Assembly: GCA_964019425.1 (NCBI GenBank)
Contig: OZ025794.1
Coordinates: forward strand, 1,302,001-1,366,000
DNA: 64,000 nt
Source of the DNA: Flectonema sp. DT1601
Taxonomy: Eukaryota
Direction of reading: 5' to 3'
Shown here: positions 11,523 to 21,832 of the stretch, in pieces
How the letters are laid out: each line of letters begins with the position of its first letter
How positions within the stretch are numbered: the stretch's first letter is position 1
The notes under the pieces: model-generated
The model's database searches: none
Seen by the model: the letters and a program-made list of their open reading frames with translations, nothing else
Told to the model about the DNA's origin: nothing
Translations under genes and position numbers: made by a program

Positions 11523-12449
11523 TCACTCCTTTCTTCGTTTGAGATACATTCTCATGGGGCCAGAGGACACGGTTGTGCTGCTAGTCTCTGAGTCTGAAGC
11601 TCCAGTGGTACTGCTGCTGCATTCTGTGTCTTGAGATCTCTCTAAGCCAGGGCAGTTCCTTCTATCATGACCATGTTCACCACATGCCCCACACTTCTGC
11701 TTCTTCCTTCCTGACTGTGGGGGGGGGGTCTTACTGGTGTTCTGCTTCTTAAGGCTGCGCGCATGTGCTATACCTCCAAACAAGACATCCTTCTCTCGCT
11801 TATTCTTCAGAGAGTTGATGAGCCTCGAGTGCTCGATCTGTTCACATTCGTCGGTATCATCGCTGATGGTCAGGGGGGTTCTGCCAATTATCAGTTTCTC
11901 GGTCTTCGTTAACGACCGGGGGTGTGAGCTGCGTTCCACTACAGAGGAATATCCGCTCTTCCTTTCAACACCCTTTATTAGCTTGTGGTGAGTTTCTTGC
12001 GAATACCCTGACCAGCTAGGCAGTAGTTGCAAACGTCTGTTTGACAAGCCAACTTTCGATATTGGTCAGGTCGTGTGAGATACAACGCCTTTGAGCACAC
12101 TGTTTGCATAGATTGAGCCGTGCGGAGGGAGGACGTTCTGTATCGTTACAGTAGAGTTGCGCTGCTTAGACAGCCGCTTCATGACGATGCTTGTCTCGGA
12201 GGATGATGCCCTGTACTCTGTATCTACCACTTGTTCTAATTCCGGACATATCTTCCTTGGGCGACCAATCTCTGCTGGCTGCTGATCCCCGTTAAGCCAC
12301 GCAGTTCTCTTAAAGGGTATAGCTGCCTCAAGAATGTGTTTGTGAGTCCATCCTTCTTCCGCCAAACTCTGCATAACCTCACGCCGATCACCGGTTTCCA
12401 TCTTGACCAGCTTCTCGCCGAGCACCCTTGAGCGGTTTGAAGAGATCAT
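11523..12449 (-). pseudogene. Transposase remnant (GRPRK DNA-binding region, RP..K..TDxCxxC motif, C-terminal CCHC zinc knuckle; catalytic core absent)
   Basis: EIGRPRK in ORF 12066..12632; a shifted frame (12076-11978) reads TRPDQYRKLACQTDVCNYC; CGACGEHGHDRRNC in ORF 11523..12047. Lies within the TIRs. Confidence 0.7.
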
Positions 12450-12709
12450 GCATGCGATGCGAACACAACCTCGGTGGGGAGAAAGTAACAAGACGAGTGG
12501 CACAACGAAGAAGTGGGTAAAGGTCATTAGGAAGCTGCTCGAGTGTCTATCTGGGGGGGATGTACCCACTCTACTGAGAGGTACAGTTGGGAATTCCGTG
12601 CTTTGGAAGAGCGTTGTACCAGTTGTATTCATTGTTAGTCTATGAGTTTATGTAGGACGAAGTTGGGTAGAAACCATAAAACCGCCCCAATTGTACCCAC
12701 AGTCAGTGT

Positions 12710-12891
12710 AAATATAACCATTTTGCATGTGAAAATATGGAATTTTGGAACTGGCGATGAGTAAAGTGGGATCCCAGACACGGAATTCAATTTCTCGAGT
12801 ATAGAACATAGTAGGAAAAGTGGTCAGAATATGGCCAAGGTGCCGTCAGTTACCTTTGGCCCAAATAGTCCTGTACTTTTGGCACATCCTC
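12710..12891 (-). repeat. Right terminal inverted repeat
   Basis: ...CCTTTGGCCCAAATAGTCCTGTACTTTTGGCACATCCTC. Confidence 0.92.
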
Positions 12892-14656
12892 AATATATTT
12901 TTTTCTTTTCTTTTTTTTATGATGAACAATCGTTTTGAAAGGGAACATCGGATTTGATTAGTTTTTTCCAAAATAACGCGTTTGTCAATGGCGCCAAATC
13001 TCTCTATATTTCCTTTCGAGCTACAGACTGCGCTTACTTATTGTTTTTTTATTTTTTTATTGTTGTTTTTTTTTAAAAAAAAGAAAAATCTAGCTTTTGA
13101 AGACGATGATAGCTTGCAATGGGCATGTATGCGTCTCGACTATTGGGCTTGCCCACCAAGCTGCATCTCGGAAGTTGCTTTTCGTCAATCCCTCTCTTTA
13201 ATGTCGGTAATATAACTTCAGACCTTGCCAACTGAAGTTTCAGATCTCAGAATCAGTGTTGCATAATAACATCGCATAGGTATTTTCTGCAATTACTTTT
13301 TTCCCCCCCTTCTCTTTCATTTTTTCTTTTTATCATAATGTAGATCTTGACACCGACTTGCGTTTTTTTTTTTTTTTTTTTTTTTTTTTTTCCCTTCCCT
13401 TCTCCCATAACCCTCCTAAAGGAAGGGAATTTTTTGATAAGAAAGAAACTGTTGGTCTTTCTTGGGTTTTTAATCCTTCTTTTCCCTTACGGAACAAAAC
13501 CTTATATATATGGGGCTATTAATTGTAAAGAGAACTGTGAACCAGCATAATTTCTTGGTTCTCACGGTCTTCCCAACTTCTCACTAGTCAGTTGTTATTT
13601 TGATTGCTTTTTGCACCAAATGACTAACTGAGGTACAGTCTTAGTAAGGTTTTGTTACCTCATTATTGTTTAGATGAAATCTGTTTTTTTCTGCTCATCT
13701 TTCGATGTGTCGATCGGTACGCAGTACGCCCTTTTTGAAATTTGTTTTACAATCTTCGCGTGACGCGCACTGACATTATTGTCTGCCTGCTCTAGTGGTC
13801 TCTTCCTCATTAGTGACGTTCTCTTAGACTTTGATGACAAGTAGGTTTCCACCTTTCATTATTTTTTTATTTAAAATTTAGCAACATGCGAGGTGGAAAC
13901 CTTTTCTTTGGATCCAATCAGTTTTCATCATCCGTGATGAACAATTGTGGGTATCTGGAAGTACATACAGTTCCAGTAGAAAGGGAAAGGAAAAAAAAAA
14001 AAAAACTTGCGCACATTTGCCAAGCTTTCTCCCTGTTCCTCCTTCCGAGATGAGTTTTTTTTTGTTTGTTATGTTTTGTTTTTTTTGTTGATAACACATT
14101 CAAATTACGTTCTCTTTTTTTTTTTTAATTTATTTCTACTGAAAATCTCGAACACATCGATTAGTTTTAAGTCATTCGGTTGTTGTTGAGCACAACGCTC
14201 TTCCTGGGAGCACTGGTGATTATAATAAAGATTGCTTTTATAAAGCGTCTGCTTCGGCAACTGGAAGTTGACCAGTTATATTACACCAGTAGCTTGTTCT
14301 TTTGTCCCTTCTTCCGTTTGTTTCATTCCCTTTTTTTTTTTTTTTTCCGTTTTCGAATTCTCTCCCTCTCTGTCTCCTCGGATTCTACCGAAGGAAGACA
14401 TGAAGACCTTTGCCGCGCATAGTTTTCAAATGAAAAAAAAAAAAAAAAAAAAACAGCATTATGTGTTAGTCACAGATACTTCAATAATCTCTGCTGAGTT
14501 TTTCGGAAAACAGCTACGGATTAGGTACTAATAACTTGTCCTTGTTCTTTTTTTTATTTCTTTCTTTGAAACTTTATTGTCACTTAAGCAACATTAGATA
14601 GTTGTGAGATGCTTACTTTTAATTCTCCTTCAATTCAGACATCTCAAGAAACAATA

Positions 14657-15343
14657 ATGAATGATGAAATACTCTTGAAGGAAAAGGAGACTGATCTTGT
14701 TGCTGTCTCTCTTACAAGTGATGCAGCTCCAGAGTATAGAAATGACACAAGTAGATTATACAGACAGCTAATGATTGAATGGCAGAATGAACTCGGATCA
14801 CCAGAACTATTGTCGTATTGGGAAGGTGTTGATCAGGTTAGAGAAATATTTAATGAATTGGAAGATTTGGTTATCGACGACGCTGCTCTAGGTTGCAGTC
14901 TACCATTCGGAGCTGAAGTACTAATTCGCTGTGAAAAAGAACGCATGCGATATATGCTTGTTGAATACTTACGCGGAAGGTTATTAAAAATAGAACATCT
15001 TTGTGACTATCTCTTATCGAATGAAGATACGAAGAGTTTAATGTCCAAAGCGGAATTAATTTATTGTACAAAGTTTGCTTCTATTCAACATGACTTACAG
15101 CATGCGGCATCTGGTGGAATCACTGATGACCTCCCACAAGAAATAATCGACTTCGACAACATACGAAGTCAGAGACGACCAAATCAATTTCGACATGTTT
15201 TTGCGCAATTTAGAGAGACTGCTCACGGTGTTCTTCTCAATCCAGCAGCTAGCCCAGAAACTATTGAGGCGGGTGAACTTTATATAGTTCCCTACGACAC
15301 AGTTAAGAAGTGTATTGCTGAAGGGAAAGCAATTATTGTTTAG
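14657..15343 (+). CDS. SLD5: GINS complex subunit Sld5
   Basis: WQNELGSPELLSY and ERMRYMLVEYLRGRLLKIE; C-terminal B-domain (ELYIVPYDTVKKCIAEGKAIIV). Start taken downstream of the putative acceptor AG at 14638. Confidence 0.88.
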   Translation: MNDEILLKEKETDLVAVSLTSDAAPEYRNDTSRLYRQLMIEWQNELGSPELLSYWEGVDQVREIFNELEDLVIDDAALGCSLPFGAEVLIRCEKERMRYMLVEYLRGRLLKIEHLCDYLLSNEDTKSLMSKAELIYCTKFASIQHDLQHAASGGITDDLPQEIIDFDNIRSQRRPNQFRHVFAQFRETAHGVLLNPAASPETIEAGELYIVPYDTVKKCIAEGKAIIV

Positions 15344-15512
15344 CCACACCGTGTGTGTACACACGGAAGTAGTGATGAGTTATGAAAAACGTGTGCGTTC
15401 ACACGAATACCTTGATAGCAGCCACGTCTTATTGAGTTTGAGTTTTTGGTTTTAGTGTTTTGACTACTATATTGGTATTTCTTTATCTCAGGTAGCTCCA
15501 CATTAAAAAAAA

Positions 15513-17456
15513 ATGGCCCCAAAAAAGAAGCAAACCCACGCAATGAAGCTGCATGCAGCTCTTGCTGTCTCAAGTGATAAACTAGACACTACAATGAAAC
15601 AGTTTAAGGTACCACTTGAGGGTACTCAAGGTAGTGAAGTCTTGAAGGATACAAAACTATTAATCGCGTGGGTGAATAGAATGGATGATGAACTTGAGAA
15701 GGATGACTTCACAGCGCTGTATCATCTGCTTACGCCTTTTTCTATGCAAATATATAGAGTGTTCGAACAGAAACCAAAAGTTGTAAAGGATAGTGGATTG
15801 GTTACTCTGATTATAAAAGCAATTAAAAAATTAACTCCGTTGGGAGAAGTTGAATCGAAATGCTTTTCAGCCGTGCTCGACATTGCAGATGTGATCAACG
15901 AAGAAGCAGTGCTACGCACTGAACTGTTTTTAGCTGTCGTGGATGAGCTTGTCCAAGTTGGAACAAACACTGCGATATCTTTAATGAATCGTAGAACATG
16001 TCTTCAAATGATCAGAGCTGCTAGTAACGGCAATGAGAAACACAGAGACAACATCGACGCTCAGAAATTAGCATCATTCCTCCTCGTAGCTGACGATTTT
16101 ATATCTCAACTTGACATATCTGTGACACTTGGAAAGCTGATTCTAAAAAAAGAAACAAAAGTTTCCCCGATACTAAAAGATGTTCTTGGTGAGGATATCA
16201 CGAACATGCTTTTGCAGTACGCAAAGAAAGACTCGGATAGTTTTCATGAGTTCGTTTATTCAGTTAATAAGTTGAATGAAAAATCCGTTGTAAAAACTTT
16301 GAAATGCACTGAGTGGATTCTTGGAAATACGAAATTCACCGGAACGACTGAGCAATTGTTAGTTCACTGCACTTTATCAGTTATCAGTTTCTTGATTCCC
16401 TTGGAAGGTGAGGATGGTGAGGTTGAGTCTGTTGATATTCCGATCTCATCAGTTCAACGATGCAATATGACAAAAAAATCAAGTCAGCTCATCCTCGAAT
16501 TCAAACCCAAAGCAGAACTCCCAGCATCAATCGCTGCATGTAACACTTCTGGTGAAAGGTTTAAGATCATGTTTAAGGCTGGAGATATAAAGGAAATGAC
16601 AGCATGGACTACCTTCTTAGCTAGTAATTATAAAAGAAGAACTGTAAGTGCGTCTGCTGCAAGGGAATCATCAAAGAGAAAACCAAGTCATAGAGATGAT
16701 AAAGAAACTGGAAAGAGACTTCAAACGAGAACACCCATGACTGACACAAAGTTATCGGCTGGTGTTAAAAAAACACTTGGCTCTCTTACACAGCAAGCTG
16801 ACGACAAAGAAATTTATACGCCTTCTACTCGTCTGGAACAACCTCGAGCTGCTCCTAGAATTTCTCTTTTGAATAAGGAAATGAATCCTTCTCCATTTGT
16901 ACAACAATACAGCATTGAAGGAGTAGACGATGATCCGGAAGGTGGAGATTTCGATTCGGCAATTAATCAGCTTCGTAAACAATTTGAAACAAATGCCGTC
17001 AAAAGACAAGAAAAAGGTCGTCAAGCTCTTGAAAAGACGATGCTAATGGTTCAAACACTAGTAGATGATTATAAAAATGACAGCAGTCGCAGAGACTCTC
17101 GCCTTCAAGAAAACGTTGATGTTTTGAGAAGTGAAACCGAGCGTCTTGAAAGGGAATTCACTGCTTGCTACACAAGAGAAAAACAACTTACAAAGGAAAT
17201 TGAGGGACTGCACACGGACTTCAGAGGCAAGGCAATGGAACATCGCGACAACATGGTTGGCTTCCAATCTGAATTAGAAACAGTTTTGGGGAAAATAAAA
17301 GATCAAGAAGGACGCTCTCTTTCGAAGTTAAAGGACATGGTTGACACTGAATTCACTAAACTAGAAGAGCAGGTCAGCGCGATTCAATCTCAGAAATCTG
17401 CCATGGCAAGAATAATGAACTTCATGATGTCTCAGCTAAACCAAAACGATGAGTAA
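15513..17456 (+). CDS. SYCP2/KKT17-KKT18-like protein (ARM-like + PH-like + linker + C-terminal coiled coil), paralog A
   Basis: Helical N-terminal region, beta-rich middle region, basic KRRTVS motif, disordered linker and C-terminal coiled coil; homologous to 18663..20486. The CDS is certain; the family is an inference. Confidence 0.6.
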   Translation: MAPKKKQTHAMKLHAALAVSSDKLDTTMKQFKVPLEGTQGSEVLKDTKLLIAWVNRMDDELEKDDFTALYHLLTPFSMQIYRVFEQKPKVVKDSGLVTLIIKAIKKLTPLGEVESKCFSAVLDIADVINEEAVLRTELFLAVVDELVQVGTNTAISLMNRRTCLQMIRAASNGNEKHRDNIDAQKLASFLLVADDFISQLDISVTLGKLILKKETKVSPILKDVLGEDITNMLLQYAKKDSDSFHEFVYSVNKLNEKSVVKTLKCTEWILGNTKFTGTTEQLLVHCTLSVISFLIPLEGEDGEVESVDIPISSVQRCNMTKKSSQLILEFKPKAELPASIAACNTSGERFKIMFKAGDIKEMTAWTTFLASNYKRRTVSASAARESSKRKPSHRDDKETGKRLQTRTPMTDTKLSAGVKKTLGSLTQQADDKEIYTPSTRLEQPRAAPRISLLNKEMNPSPFVQQYSIEGVDDDPEGGDFDSAINQLRKQFETNAVKRQEKGRQALEKTMLMVQTLVDDYKNDSSRRDSRLQENVDVLRSETERLEREFTACYTREKQLTKEIEGLHTDFRGKAMEHRDNMVGFQSELETVLGKIKDQEGRSLSKLKDMVDTEFTKLEEQVSAIQSQKSAMARIMNFMMSQLNQNDE

Positions 17457-18662
17457 AACTTCACTTCTTCAGTTTAGAAACGGAAATCCATAAAAATAGA
17501 TAATTGCGCACACTTTTCTTTTCTTTTCATTTCTTTTAAAAACTGGCGGCAAACAAAATGCGTAGATTCTACGTCCTTTCTTAGTATAACTCCAAACCCA
17601 CATTTATTTAAAAAAAAAAAAAGAATTTTTTTTTCCCTCCCTTTGTAGTGGGGGCATAGTCTCTTACAAGGTTGTTAATCCAATGCTATGACAAAACTTA
17701 TAAAAATTAGGCAAACCATCTCCTTCCCAATCATAAAATCGCCTTCCTCGATTAAGGCCTTTTTTTAAAAAAAAAAGAAACCATCATGACTTTATGTAGT
17801 GAATGGTTTAAATTAAGCTTCTACGGCTTCAGGAGGGGTGGTCTGAAAAAAAAAAAAAAAAAAAAAATAGAAATTTACATCTCACTCTCCCCTAGAATAT
17901 TAGTATAATATTATTATTTTATTGCTGATTGTTGGCAAGATTTTCTGAACAAACCTCGTGTGGAGATGCACAGGAAAACGTTCATTTTTTTTTTTTTTTT
18001 TTTAAAATTCTTTTTTATTGTTTCTTCCCAAAAAGTAAAATTTATAGTTCTTTACATGTCACGAATTCTGTGGCATATATTTTTTGTTTTTGTTTTGCTC
18101 GTTTTCCCCTCCGTTAGATTCCCCCGATGTTTATCTGTTTATCGTTATTATTTTAATATGTAGATGGCAGCAAGAAAGAAAAGAACGAAAAAAAAAAAAA
18201 AAGAAAAAAAAAAACTTTTTTCTGTAAGTTACGATTCGTATCAACCGAATCTGCGTATGCTTGAGGGTCAGGCTGGTACGGTTTTCAACAGTCGCAGCCT
18301 TCTCTTGCTTCCCATATCGAGTGATACTTGTCACTGTGAGCATCTTCAGTGTGATGATGTTCTGAAGGGAAGATGGGGAAAAAAAAAAAAAAAAAATAAC
18401 AAAAAGGAACACAGTGCTGCTATTGCTTTCAGTTCTCCTCACTAAAAATCCCCAATTCCCTAAGAGCGAAACAGTTTCATGTAGCCTGTAGCTCAAAGGG
18501 TACTGGATCGCTGCCGTTGGTGTTATCTATGAATTAGAGACGAAAACCGAAACTTTTTATTTCCCTCCAACAGGAACATATTTAATATTATTATTCTATT
18601 CTGTCTCGAAAATACTTATATTTTTTTCCTTTCCTCGCAGCTGTTTACCTTCCGATATTAAG

Positions 18663-20486
18663 ATGCCTCACGTCGTTGAGAAACTCGACGGGTTGTTGGT
18701 CCTTCCTTCGAAGGAGTTTACTGCTGCTGTAAATAATATGAAAGATTTCAGCAAACATGAAAGAAGTGATTTGATGAAAAATTCGGACATTGCTGAGGCA
18801 TGGGTCGGGAGAATGAATAGAGAACTAGTCAGTGGTAATGTTGAAACAGTAAAGGCAATGACGCAGTTGGGTGACCAATTGTTGTCTGTTTTAATTGAAA
18901 AACCGAAGAACTTATTGCAAACAAACATCTGTGAATGTTTTATTAAATGGATAAAAGCGATTTCGTTAAAAAAATTAAAACACTCAAATGACATCTTAAC
19001 TCTGTGCATGGTCATCCTTGAGTCCAGTGAGATCGCAACAGAAATGTACTCAAAAATCACATCATCTTTAATGAAGTTAATCATTGATAACCACTCTTCT
19101 GGACTCACCGTCAACACCGCGAGAAACGCAGCAGAGACATTGATGCTTGGGCACTGTGATGTTCCACAGAATAGAAAATACGTTGACGTCGTTCGAATTG
19201 TTGAGATTTTCAAAAACACGCAAGACGTTCCCCTCCGTGAAACTCTACTTGTCATAATAAGAAAGTGTATTGTTAAATTCAAATCAGATTCATCTGCAAG
19301 AACCAAAGCCATCAACCAACTCCTCCACATGATGTCACAACAAGAATTCAATGCAATTGAACACACAGGATCAACAGAGACTGGAACTCTTGAGTTTGTT
19401 TGTAAAATGGTCGATAAGAACCCAACTCAACAGATAAAGATATTAAAGGCCAGCAATGCTACGATCAACGGAAAACAATACAACTCCGAAATGATGATTT
19501 TTGCGACACCAACATACTTAACTTATCAGCAACCGAATGAAATCAGGTGGGTCGACGTCATGTTCAACAAGCTTTCGGTAAAAGAACTCAACACAAAAGC
19601 GGTCCAGCTGACTACATCGGAAGGAACAGCTGTTTTCACAACTAGAAATCCGAAATCTTGGATTGCAGCTGTAAAGGGATTGCCTGAAAAGAAAATTTCA
19701 AACGAATCTGAAGACGATGACGATGACGATGATGATGAAGTGTGCCGAAAGTCAATCAGACGAACTAACAAAAAGCGAGCAATGGAATTGGAATCGCCTT
19801 TCAAAGAAGATACTCATGTTCAAAAAAGACAGAAGTCAGTTGTAAGGATTCCAACAGAATCTCTATTAAGAGAACCATCAAGAATCCGTCAATCATACAA
19901 ACCATTATCAGAGAAATGGGAACCACCACAGGACTTATTCCGTGGAAAGGATTGGATTGATAGTGATGATGACGAAGATGATCAGGAAGAGGAAATGGAA
20001 AAAATGCAACTCGTACTCTCATCATGTCTCGATAAGAAGGAAAAAGCTCAAATTCAAGAGCTTGAGGAAGTTTCAAAAGAAGTCCATCATCTGGTGAATA
20101 GACACAAGGAGGAATTAGAAACAGAACGCTCAGAACTTTCAGGATTCCTCACAAGACTTGAAGAGGACATCAAACGTCAAGAAACCACAGCTCACGAAAC
20201 TCACATTCGTGAAAAGAAGATAACCAAAGATGTGATGGCTCTTCATGGTCAGTTCGTTCAAACTGTTCGCATCGCTAAGCGTGAATTCCAAGAGATCAAC
20301 GCTGACCTTGACGACATCCTTCCCTGCAATGAAGATCTAAATACTCAAATAATGAAACAGATCGAGTCAATGACACAAAGGGGATTATCAGTCCTCCAAA
20401 AGAAAGCAAAAAAGAGAGGAAAAAAGAGCGAGACAGTGATGAAGATGTTTAGTATGATTACACAGGAATTTGCTACTGCTCGTTAA
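18663..20486 (+). CDS. SYCP2/KKT17-KKT18-like protein, paralog B
   Basis: Shared with paralog A: AWVGRMNREL/AWVNRMDDEL, IEKPK/EQKPK, IREKKITKDVMALHGQF/TREKQLTKEIEGLHTDF. Confidence 0.55.
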   Translation: MPHVVEKLDGLLVLPSKEFTAAVNNMKDFSKHERSDLMKNSDIAEAWVGRMNRELVSGNVETVKAMTQLGDQLLSVLIEKPKNLLQTNICECFIKWIKAISLKKLKHSNDILTLCMVILESSEIATEMYSKITSSLMKLIIDNHSSGLTVNTARNAAETLMLGHCDVPQNRKYVDVVRIVEIFKNTQDVPLRETLLVIIRKCIVKFKSDSSARTKAINQLLHMMSQQEFNAIEHTGSTETGTLEFVCKMVDKNPTQQIKILKASNATINGKQYNSEMMIFATPTYLTYQQPNEIRWVDVMFNKLSVKELNTKAVQLTTSEGTAVFTTRNPKSWIAAVKGLPEKKISNESEDDDDDDDDEVCRKSIRRTNKKRAMELESPFKEDTHVQKRQKSVVRIPTESLLREPSRIRQSYKPLSEKWEPPQDLFRGKDWIDSDDDEDDQEEEMEKMQLVLSSCLDKKEKAQIQELEEVSKEVHHLVNRHKEELETERSELSGFLTRLEEDIKRQETTAHETHIREKKITKDVMALHGQFVQTVRIAKREFQEINADLDDILPCNEDLNTQIMKQIESMTQRGLSVLQKKAKKRGKKSETVMKMFSMITQEFATAR

Positions 20487-21001
20487 AAAAAGAATTGAAA
20501 ATAAATGGAAACGTTCTGTTATTATAAATATCGTTTTGTATTTTCACAAATAAGGAGCCCCTGTTAGAGCCCATCTGCACTTTCTGTATTTTTATTTGAA
20601 TGAAAAAAAAAAAAATTGCTCCGAAATTTCAAAGTCGCACTTTCTTTCTTTCTTTTTTTCTTTTTTCACCCTTTGCACACAATTTTCACGAAAAAAAAAA
20701 AAAAAAAAAAAAAAAAAATAGTTGTTTGCCTCACACCCCTTTCTTTAGAAGGAAAAAAATAAAAAAAGATATCCACCCCTCATAGATACCCAGCCACCCT
20801 GTTGTTACAGTTTAGAGTTTTACCAGCTAGACATCGAATGTTGTTATTGTGTGTTTTAATAAACTTACGTTACTTTCCTTCTCTTATAGAACCATCTCGA
20901 AAAAAATAATTATCGTTTGCAACATTGCCGTTGTAGTATAACACGCGGTGTCAAAAAAAAAAAACAAAAAAATAAAAAAAAATAGAGAGGCATGAAATAA
21001 A

Positions 21002-21664
21002 ATGAGAACCGCATGCAGAGTAAAATATAACGGGGGCTTCTCTGAAGTCAGGCTTGGCAATTTGAAGAATTGTGAACTATCAAAGGCACTGTCAGAAGTA
21101 CAGAAAAACGGCTATGCTGTAGTCCGACAGATATCATCTCTTAGAGAAGCATGTGAAGAAACGATCGAATTAGAAGAGTTATTTAATATTTTATTAATCG
21201 AGTTGGGGTTTAAAAATAACAAACCTCCGTTGATGTCAATGATACAAAGAAAACCCCCAGCGAATACATACGGAGGAGTCGTCCACAGAGATTTAGACGA
21301 ACAGGCTGTAACAAACTTAAAAGAAAACATGATAAATCCCTTATTTATAAATGCTTGGGTTCCCTTGGCTCCAATACCTGGACCGGAGTACTCTCTCGGA
21401 ATTTGCGTGCCTGCTCCATGCTGGTCGACGAGAATATGTGGTTTCATGGGACTCGAACATGACCGTACTTCTTTGTCATCGTCAGAAGATGATAAGTGGT
21501 TGTATGCTGCAGATCTAATGCCTGGTGATGTTTTGTTGTTTGACTCTCATCGGACTTTTCATAGTTCCTTAACACCAATTAAGGAAACTGAACCAACAAG
21601 ATACAGCGTTGATTTCAGATTTAAGATTGATCTCTGTAGTCCTACTCAGGTAGTTGGAGCTTAA
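21002..21664 (+). CDS. 2OG-Fe(II) oxygenase-like protein (CmcJ/NvfI/AsaB-like)
   Basis: VHRD (HxD), FINAWVPL, KWLY..LMPGDVLLFDS..FHSS, RYSVDFR (RxS). Confidence 0.65.
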   Translation: MRTACRVKYNGGFSEVRLGNLKNCELSKALSEVQKNGYAVVRQISSLREACEETIELEELFNILLIELGFKNNKPPLMSMIQRKPPANTYGGVVHRDLDEQAVTNLKENMINPLFINAWVPLAPIPGPEYSLGICVPAPCWSTRICGFMGLEHDRTSLSSSEDDKWLYAADLMPGDVLLFDSHRTFHSSLTPIKETEPTRYSVDFRFKIDLCSPTQVVGA

Positions 21665-21832
21665 TTAGAAGACAATTTATCATTAACGAATAAAATATTT
21701 TTTTATTTCCATTACATCGAAGTCCACAAAACGTTGACATTAGTTGTGAAAGTGATTACTGATAACCTGTCTTATTGCTCAAAGTTAATTTCTATACAGC
21801 GGCGGTTATTCAGCCACTACAAAAGGAGATTA

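Larger units (their letters stand above)
11118..12891 (-). mobile_element. Non-autonomous, internally deleted DNA transposon with ~182-bp terminal inverted repeats (GAG...CTC)
   Basis: 11118-11299 matches the reverse complement of 12710-12891 with about 13 mismatches by eye. The interior is GC-richer than the flanks and holds broken minus-strand transposase-like ORFs. AT-rich insertion site. Confidence 0.9.

Noticed and set aside
12048..12068. In-frame TGA between the two transposon ORFs, suggesting readthrough or TGA=Trp recoding
   Set aside because: A shifted frame carries the more transposase-like TDVCNYC motif, so deletions/frameshifts explain it better; the long host ORFs contain no in-frame TGA.
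13670..13852. 60-aa basic minus-strand ORF
   Set aside because: GTG start, the nearest ATG is out of frame, it opposes the cluster direction and has no motif.
20578..20600. TTTCTGTATTTTTATTTG resembles the 3' end of euglenozoan spliced leaders
   Set aside because: Low-complexity match only; no upstream SL sequence or following GT donor.
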